Assembly (NCBI GenBank): GCA_963719505.1
Contig: CAVRCF010000005.1
Location: 640,001 to 704,000 of the forward strand
Direction: 5' to 3'
From: Halobacteriovoraceae bacterium
Lineage (GTDB): Bacteria > Bdellovibrionota > Bacteriovoracia > Bacteriovoracales > Bacteriovoracaceae
DNA length: 64,000 bases
The position numbers were made by a program, and so were the translations under genes. Position 1 is the first letter of the stretch. The number at the start of each line of letters is the position of its first letter. The notes below the pieces were generated by a model that was given only the letters and a program-made list of their open reading frames with translations, was not told where the DNA came from and searched no databases. Below, one piece after another: positions 58,180 through 64,000 of the stretch.

Positions 58180-58989
58180 CTAGTAAATGGACCACTTATT
58201 ATTAAGGTATGTTTTTAACTCTGTATGTTCTTCAGTTGTAAGCACCCGGTCGAAAATTAAGATTTCTAGCAGATCATAGTTTGCCCTATAGGACTTGGGA
58301 CCTGAGGAGTGATTAAAGCAGCCGATATTCTCCCAGTTTGACTGGGGTGTTTGATACTGTGCAGATAGAAGAGTTAATGAAGATCCAAAATTTGTCGATC
58401 CATTGTTTCCTGCGAAAGCATTATAGGGAGAATTATTTAAAGCGACTCGTCCTTGGTCTGAGCCAGTTCCATCAAAACTTACCAAGTAGCCTTTATTCGT
58501 CGAGACGAATAGATATTGACCGTTCAAACTTGAGCCCAAAAGTCCATGGATCCCATCACTGGCCGTTAGAGTATTATCGACGACCATAATAATTGTCTGA
58601 CCGCTAAAAGGCGAAAGGTCTAAACAATTCCCATTGCTCGTTGACTGGGCTTGACCATTAAATTGGAGAACTCCTCCACTCAAAGTTGGCCTGTCCTGTC
58701 CCGATGCAGTCGCGTGGTTATCATTTCCACTTTTATCTTGAACACAAGAGACTCTTTCTGTGTTTTCAGCTTGAGAATTACAATTTATATTGGTGTGGAT
58801 GGTACTGGCATCGCTGGTGTCAAGCCAAACACTGAGCCCAGTTAAATCAGTTGGTGAAAAACCTTCTGGCCCAGGTTGTGTCTGTGGATCTTCAGATGGA
58901 CTTTGAACTACGAGATCATTTGATTCAGTCCCTATTTGACCGCATCCAATAAAGATAAAAATGAAAATCATTGATATCATTTTCATCAT
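58180..58989 (-). CDS. Lipoprotein with a ConA/LamG-like domain
   Basis: Lipobox FIG-C, GLSVWLD.SD...DKSGN.NHA and EILIFDRVLT..E...YL..KW. Confidence 0.75.
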   Translation of the reverse strand: MMKMISMIFIFIFIGCGQIGTESNDLVVQSPSEDPQTQPGPEGFSPTDLTGLSVWLDTSDASTIHTNINCNSQAENTERVSCVQDKSGNDNHATASGQDRPTLSGGVLQFNGQAQSTSNGNCLDLSPFSGQTIIMVVDNTLTASDGIHGLLGSSLNGQYLFVSTNKGYLVSFDGTGSDQGRVALNNSPYNAFAGNNGSTNFGSSLTLLSAQYQTPQSNWENIGCFNHSSGPKSYRANYDLLEILIFDRVLTTEEHTELKTYLNNKWSIY

Positions 58990-59765
58990 AGTGAAAGATC
59001 CATAAAGTCATCCATAACGACAATCAATTCACTTGAAGGATTATGGGAAGTTGCTATTAATCCTACGTCGAAAACACCTGCCACGGACGCGTTGTCATAA
59101 ACGCCTCCAGAATGTGCTGTCCAGTCGTCGGAAATATTCTCTTTATAAAAACAGGTAATATTATTTCCTTCTTTTTTCATTCGCAAATACTTTGGCATTG
59201 AGTTCGTTCCATCTTGCCTATTGCCATTTATATTCGCATCCGCATTGACGGAATATTGAAGTGCTACACGATTTGCGATTGTTTGCGCGCACATGACATA
59301 ACCGCCAGCCCCTAAGTCATTAGTGTCATTGGCCATGTAAAAACCAAATTTTGCCCAGCCGTTAGGTGATGTATTAAATGAGACAATCTGAACACTAAAA
59401 TCAAAGTCCCCAGTTAAGTCTCTTTTGTAAAAACCGTTGAACTGGTGAGTTGTCGACCAAACGTCAGCCCCTCTTGAGGTTATCGTAAGCTGTCCTCCAC
59501 CAATAGCAAAGCTTGTCTCGCAATCATCAGTGGTTGAGCCCGAATTATCGGCATCCCAGTTATCTCTGTCCACGCATTCCCAATTTGCCACCGAGTCTTC
59601 ATCGAAACTATCAGTATGACCAACTGGAACATCAGGAGCTTCAGGCGTATCGACAAGCTCTGTGTAAGGGTCGCCTCCGACAAGAGAGTCCGAAGTCCCC
59701 ATGGTGTTCTGACCACAAGAGATCAATATCAGACTTAGAAATATGGATAAGATCATTTTATTCAT
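58986..59765 (-). CDS. Lipoprotein with a DUF1349/ConA-like beta-sandwich (start set at MNKM)
   Basis: Lipobox LIS-C, GADVW...F...L.GDFDF.V, WAK.G, YLRM.K.GN and VGL.ATSH. Confidence 0.72.
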   Translation of the reverse strand: MNKMILSIFLSLILISCGQNTMGTSDSLVGGDPYTELVDTPEAPDVPVGHTDSFDEDSVANWECVDRDNWDADNSGSTTDDCETSFAIGGGQLTITSRGADVWSTTHQFNGFYKRDLTGDFDFSVQIVSFNTSPNGWAKFGFYMANDTNDLGAGGYVMCAQTIANRVALQYSVNADANINGNRQDGTNSMPKYLRMKKEGNNITCFYKENISDDWTAHSGGVYDNASVAGVFDVGLIATSHNPSSELIVVMDDFMDLSL

Positions 59766-59804
59766 AAGCTTATTATAATCCAAATAATCAGGTTCTCATT
59801 CGAC

Positions 59805-59831
59805 TTATCGGTAACTTACTGTAATCTCTTA
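59805..59831 (-). promoter_or_regulatory. sigma28-type promoter of the lectin-like lipoprotein pair
   Basis: Minus strand TAAG-N15-ACCGATAA. Confidence 0.65.
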
Positions 59832-59847
59832 AGGTTTACTTAAGGTT
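59828..59847. promoter_or_regulatory. PmrA/BasR-like direct-repeat operator
   Basis: CTTAAGGTTTACTTAAGGTT matches CTTAAnnTTnnCTTAAnnTT. Confidence 0.5.
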
Positions 59848-59951
59848 ATTTCTTTAGTTTACTTAAGTTTGCCAAAAATATCTGTCAAAGTGCTTTTGTT
59901 CCCCATTTAATTAGTTAATTCAAAGGGTTAAACTAGAACGAGGAGAGAAAT

Positions 59952-60629
59952 ATGAAAGTTATTAGTTATATTTTATTTATAGTATCGTTAAGTGCAAATG
60001 CCTATGTTGGTGTCGAACTCTCCTCTCCCCAGGCGCGCTTTGAGGAAAATGAAGCGGGAACTCCCAGGCCATTTATCAATGCCCCAACAATTGACTGGAA
60101 ACTTTTCTATCAATCAAACACCCAGTCTCGTTTCACCTGGGGAGCAAGTTACTACTCTCAATCGATTGATCTCTCCGAGGGAAATAATGGAATCAGGTTT
60201 AATGAAACAGACTTTAGGCGCTCACAGATTGAAGGCTACATAGCCGTGGGAAGTAAAGAAGGGTGGTTTGCGCGCTTTGGTGCCCACTACACGACCACAC
60301 CCTATTTCTTTGAAGAACCAACGGCAGATCCCAATAGAAATATCGTCACCGGCGAGTCAGTCTCAAGAATTGATCCCTTCATTCTTGGAGGAGTCTATTA
60401 CAAAACGGGTTTTGGTGGCGGTGAAATTATGGTTAAGTTTATGTCATTATCCGAAGTTGAAGTCGACGACCAAAGTCTAAAAGGAACTGGCTCTGAGGTC
60501 TATATTTCTTTGTTTCTCAATAAAACGCAAAACTTTGGGTTGTTCTTTCGCTATACGAATGAATTTGCCAAAGGCGACTACGACTTCATCTATGATGTTA
60601 GAAGCTTTGGTATTGTGGCGAGAATTTAA
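59952..60629 (+). CDS. Probable small outer-membrane beta-barrel protein
   Basis: AGGAG RBS, signal peptide ending ANA and alternating Gly/aromatic beta-strands. Confidence 0.65.
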   Translation: MKVISYILFIVSLSANAYVGVELSSPQARFEENEAGTPRPFINAPTIDWKLFYQSNTQSRFTWGASYYSQSIDLSEGNNGIRFNETDFRRSQIEGYIAVGSKEGWFARFGAHYTTTPYFFEEPTADPNRNIVTGESVSRIDPFILGGVYYKTGFGGGEIMVKFMSLSEVEVDDQSLKGTGSEVYISLFLNKTQNFGLFFRYTNEFAKGDYDFIYDVRSFGIVARI

Positions 60630-61183
60630 ATTTCATAAACGATATCTAAGCGAAGCTGTAACTTGTTCTCACGAATATTAACTGGTAGTGGCTCAAAAGA
60701 GCTTATCGTTTGAAAAAGAGTTCTCGTGTGCTCTATAAAGAGTTTATCTCCAACCTTTTTAGTGACGACTAAACCGGCAATCTGTCCGCTACTTTTTATT
60801 TCAAACTCAACCTCAACCACACCTTCAAGCTTTAGCTTTTTGGCCACAAAAGGATAAGACTTACTTTGTTCGATTTTTCTTTTTACTGAGGATATATAAA
60901 GATCTTTTTCATCCATCGATCCGTTTTCTAATTGATTAACTTGTGCTGCTGCTTGGGATACATCAACATCACTTTTTGTCTTCTTGGGTGACTCTCCATT
61001 GTCAGAAACCTTTTTTTGAGCTTTTATATACACCCTTGTCAGTCGAATGACTGAGCGCTTCGAATCGACATGAGAAAAAGTCTTATTTAGGAAGCTTTCT
61101 TTTGAAAGAGTAAACAGGACTATGATATGAATAACTGACACTAAGCTCAAAAGAATGAATTTTTTTACAGGTTTATTCATCAC
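60626..61183 (-). CDS. tonB: TonB-family energy transducer (short)
   Basis: N-terminal TM with the SxxxH motif (SVIH) and C-terminal YP..AK.L.LEGVVEVEFEI..SG. Confidence 0.8.
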   Translation of the reverse strand: MMNKPVKKFILLSLVSVIHIIVLFTLSKESFLNKTFSHVDSKRSVIRLTRVYIKAQKKVSDNGESPKKTKSDVDVSQAAAQVNQLENGSMDEKDLYISSVKRKIEQSKSYPFVAKKLKLEGVVEVEFEIKSSGQIAGLVVTKKVGDKLFIEHTRTLFQTISSFEPLPVNIRENKLQLRLDIVYEI

Positions 61184-61194
61184 AGAAGTATAAT

Positions 61195-62007
61195 ATGGAA
61201 AAGTTAAAAGATAAAATTTATGAAGTCATCTTTGAAGCCGACACATACTGGGGGCGATTTTTTGATGTCGCACTTATTGTTTCAGTCATGGTATCTGTGG
61301 TTTTTGTTATGTTGGAATCTGTCAAAGAGCTCAACAACCAATACTCTGAAGTTTTCAAAATCATTGAAGTCATCTTTACTCTCCTTTTTACCGCTGAGCT
61401 TATTTTTCGACTATACTGCGTAAAATCCAAAAAAGACTATATATTTAGCTTTTATGGTGTTGTCGATTTATTGGCCATTCTTCCTCTTTATCTAACTTCC
61501 ATTTTCCCCTTTCTCGGTAGCTTTGGGATTATAAGGGCGCTTAGAATTCTGAGAATCTTTCGCATCCTAAAACTACAGCGATATATAAATGCTGGAAATG
61601 GTCTCACTATTGCTCTTCGTGAAAGTCGTTACAAAATCATAGTGTTCTTGGGGTTTACTGTTACGACGGTTTTTATCATTGGAGCCCTGATGTATATTGT
61701 CGAAATGGGCCAGGGTGGATTTACAAGTATACCAAAGTCAATCTACTGGGCCGTGGTAACCATTACGACAGTGGGCTATGGAGACATGGTTCCTCAAACA
61801 GTGCTTGGAAAGTTTTTATCAGCTTTTTTGATGGTACTAGGATACGGCGTTTTGGCCATTCCCACCGGTCTAGTTTCAGCCGAAATTGTCAATCAACGGA
61901 TGAAGGATTACGAAGAAGAAGAGATTTCTTGTCACGGCTGCAATAAACGGATGCATCAAAAAAACTCTTCGTTTTGTTCCCGGTGCGGAGGACAACTTAG
62001 TGGATAA
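61195..62007 (+). CDS. Voltage-gated K+ channel-type ion transporter with C-terminal zinc ribbon
   Basis: S4 RALRILRIFRILKL, TTVGYGD selectivity filter and CHGC...CSRCG. Confidence 0.92.
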   Translation: MEKLKDKIYEVIFEADTYWGRFFDVALIVSVMVSVVFVMLESVKELNNQYSEVFKIIEVIFTLLFTAELIFRLYCVKSKKDYIFSFYGVVDLLAILPLYLTSIFPFLGSFGIIRALRILRIFRILKLQRYINAGNGLTIALRESRYKIIVFLGFTVTTVFIIGALMYIVEMGQGGFTSIPKSIYWAVVTITTVGYGDMVPQTVLGKFLSAFLMVLGYGVLAIPTGLVSAEIVNQRMKDYEEEEISCHGCNKRMHQKNSSFCSRCGGQLSG

Positions 62008-63403
62008 TATTTTTGAAAATACTTATCATCAACTCTCATCCAATTTCTATTCAAACTCTACCCCTGCTTCTTTTAGTGCGCCAAAACTCATCGCGTTTAA
62101 CAAAGAACTTGCTTTGGAGTTGGGAATGGAAAATATTGTCCTTTTAGAAGAAAAGAGGCTTGCAAAAATATTTACAGGACAAGAAATTCTTCCTGGTGGA
62201 GCTTATATTTCTCAAGCCTACAGTGGGCATCAATTTGGACACTTTAATCCTCAACTTGGTGATGGCAGGGCGATTATGATGGGAGAAACCAAAGCCCGTC
62301 CCAAAAAGGATATTCAACTAAAAGGAAGTGGACCAACCGCTTTTTCTAGAAGAGGTGACGGATTCTCAGAGCTTGGACCAGTTCTTCGCGAGTACCTCGT
62401 TAGTGAGTACATGCATAGGGCAAACATTCCAACAACGAGAGCACTGGCCGCTTGCACGACTGGAGACCCTGTTTATAGGCAGATGGTTGCACCGGGCGGA
62501 GTCTTCACAAGAGTGGCAAGCTCTCACATAAGGATTGGAACCTTTGAGTATTTTGCTTCAAGAAACTTGATCGAGGAACTTCGCACTCTCCTCGCCTACA
62601 CAATAAAAAGACATTACCCGGAACTTTTAGACGGAAATCCCAAAACTCAAATCCTAGATTTTTTAAAAGCTGTGTCCGTAAACCAATCTCATATGATTTC
62701 AAAATGGATGCAGGTTGGATTTATTCATGGAGTAATGAATACTGATAACATGTCCATCTGTGGTGAGACCCTAGACTTTGGTCCCTGTGCATTCATGGAT
62801 CATTTTCAAAATGACAAAGTCTTCAGCTTTATTGATCGTCATGGTCGCTATCGATACAATAATCAAATTCAAATCGGAATTTGGAATCTCTACCAGCTTG
62901 CCAACTCCCTAATACCTTTGATGGACTCTCCTTCAGCTGTCGAACAGATGGAACTGAACCTTATAGAAATTCAAAAATTCTATCATCAAGAATTTCAAAA
63001 AAAGATGCTAGAAAAATACGGACTAAAAAACGTTGAAAACTTTGATCAACTTCACCATTCATTTCTCAATATATTAGAGTCAAATAACTTAGACTTCACG
63101 AACTCCTATAGATTATTGTTAGAGGATCCAAAGTCCCTTCACAAACTTACAGGAAGTGAGCAATTCTTTGATTTGTGGCCAATTAACTCTATAGATCAGG
63201 AGATGATGGACAGGGCCAATCCCACTATAATCCCCAGAAACCATCTTATAGAGAAAGCAATAAAAGAGGCTTATGAGGGTGATTTTACGTATTTTCATAA
63301 GTGTTTAGATATTTTTAGTCACACTAATAGCTCCACTCCATCAGAGTTTCTGTCGCCTCCAAAGCCAACTGAAGTCATAACGAATACCTTTTGTGGCACC
63401 TAA
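62000..63403 (+). CDS. selO: Protein adenylyltransferase SelO/YdiU
   Basis: YSGHQFG..QLGDGRA, QLKGSG.T.FSR.GDG, RIGTFE, HGVMNTDN, DFGP and C-terminal TFCGT. Confidence 0.95.
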   Translation: MDNIFENTYHQLSSNFYSNSTPASFSAPKLIAFNKELALELGMENIVLLEEKRLAKIFTGQEILPGGAYISQAYSGHQFGHFNPQLGDGRAIMMGETKARPKKDIQLKGSGPTAFSRRGDGFSELGPVLREYLVSEYMHRANIPTTRALAACTTGDPVYRQMVAPGGVFTRVASSHIRIGTFEYFASRNLIEELRTLLAYTIKRHYPELLDGNPKTQILDFLKAVSVNQSHMISKWMQVGFIHGVMNTDNMSICGETLDFGPCAFMDHFQNDKVFSFIDRHGRYRYNNQIQIGIWNLYQLANSLIPLMDSPSAVEQMELNLIEIQKFYHQEFQKKMLEKYGLKNVENFDQLHHSFLNILESNNLDFTNSYRLLLEDPKSLHKLTGSEQFFDLWPINSIDQEMMDRANPTIIPRNHLIEKAIKEAYEGDFTYFHKCLDIFSHTNSSTPSEFLSPPKPTEVITNTFCGT

Positions 63404-63512
63404 ATTTAGCTTGTTACGCTCATTAAATGAATAAGTTTCACTCTTTAACGCGTCGAGTCTACTGAATACTTTTATCTTTGATATACCTTTTTCTTATCCT
63501 AAGGAGAACAAT

Positions 63513-64000
63513 ATGAAAGTACTTACGACTATAATATTTTGCTCACTTCTACTCGCTTGCGGGAAAAATAATAATTCTGGTAACTCAAAAAGCGTATACT
63601 CTCAAGCTATAGAATCATCTGAAATTTCACGATCTGGCTACCAGGCCAATAATGGTTTCATGCAATATGCCTACCTTCTTATGTCACTCGATTCCCGATC
63701 TCCCATAAGAGATTTTTATCTTACGTCATCACGAAATCCAAACTTAGATCAACAGGTTAAAGCTTCAGGGACAATTATGTTTGGTCGATTTAAAAGAGCG
63801 ACTCTCTCGCAAATGGATCACTTGAAAAGAGATCTTGAAGGCTTAAGTCCTAATCAAAGACTCGATGAAATTGAGAGAATATCCAACAAGGCCATAGATC
63901 AAAACTTTTTCTATATTGAAAATAGCTTTGAGATCTTTAATGCTGAAAACGGGACTATTGAAATTGTCTTTCTTTTAGAAAATAATTCTAAAGTTGTAGG
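63513..64000 (+). CDS. Lipoprotein, hypothetical (runs off the window)
   Basis: Not in the ORF track. AAGGAG RBS, then MKVLTTIIFCSLLLACGKNNNSG (lipobox LLA-C). Confidence 0.7.
   Translation, partial: MKVLTTIIFCSLLLACGKNNNSGNSKSVYSQAIESSEISRSGYQANNGFMQYAYLLMSLDSRSPIRDFYLTSSRNPNLDQQVKASGTIMFGRFKRATLSQMDHLKRDLEGLSPNQRLDEIERISNKAIDQNFFYIENSFEIFNAENGTIEIVFLLENNSKVV

Overview
This is an AT-rich, gene-dense chromosomal window, most likely from a predatory Bdellovibrionota of the Bacteriovorax/Halobacteriovorax type. That assignment is inferred from gene content: short 277-aa flagellins, an orphan Tad ATPase, many secreted hydrolases and large Cys-rich exported proteins. The left end holds the ffh-rpsP-khpA-rimM-trmD-(esterase)-SPOUT-rplS-rnhB translation cluster and a Dus gene. 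An unexplained block of very large exported Cys-rich or glycine-zipper proteins follows at 8.3-20.9 kb (755 aa, a 1878-aa lipoprotein, and a ~1000-aa frameshifted protein). The middle holds a DAHP synthase, eno, a cupredoxin-cpaF-His/Met-repeat operon, two near-identical flagellin genes and a secreted-hydrolase cluster (two HEXXH peptidases, S8, S1, S41 and two protein-glutaminase-like proteins). The right part holds polB, trmB, fadH, a minimal CheA/CheY pair, endonuclease I, a three-gene cryptochrome/photolyase operon, lectin-like lipoproteins, tonB, a K+ channel and selO. Up to eight sigma28/FliA-like promoters, one sigma54-like promoter, CsrA-type GGA hairpins and a PmrA/BasR-like box were read directly from intergenic DNA. 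Four genes carry frameshifts (eno, one fliC, a photolyase and the ~1000-aa protein), probably largely sequencing or assembly errors. No rRNA, tRNA, CRISPR array, IS element or prophage was seen.
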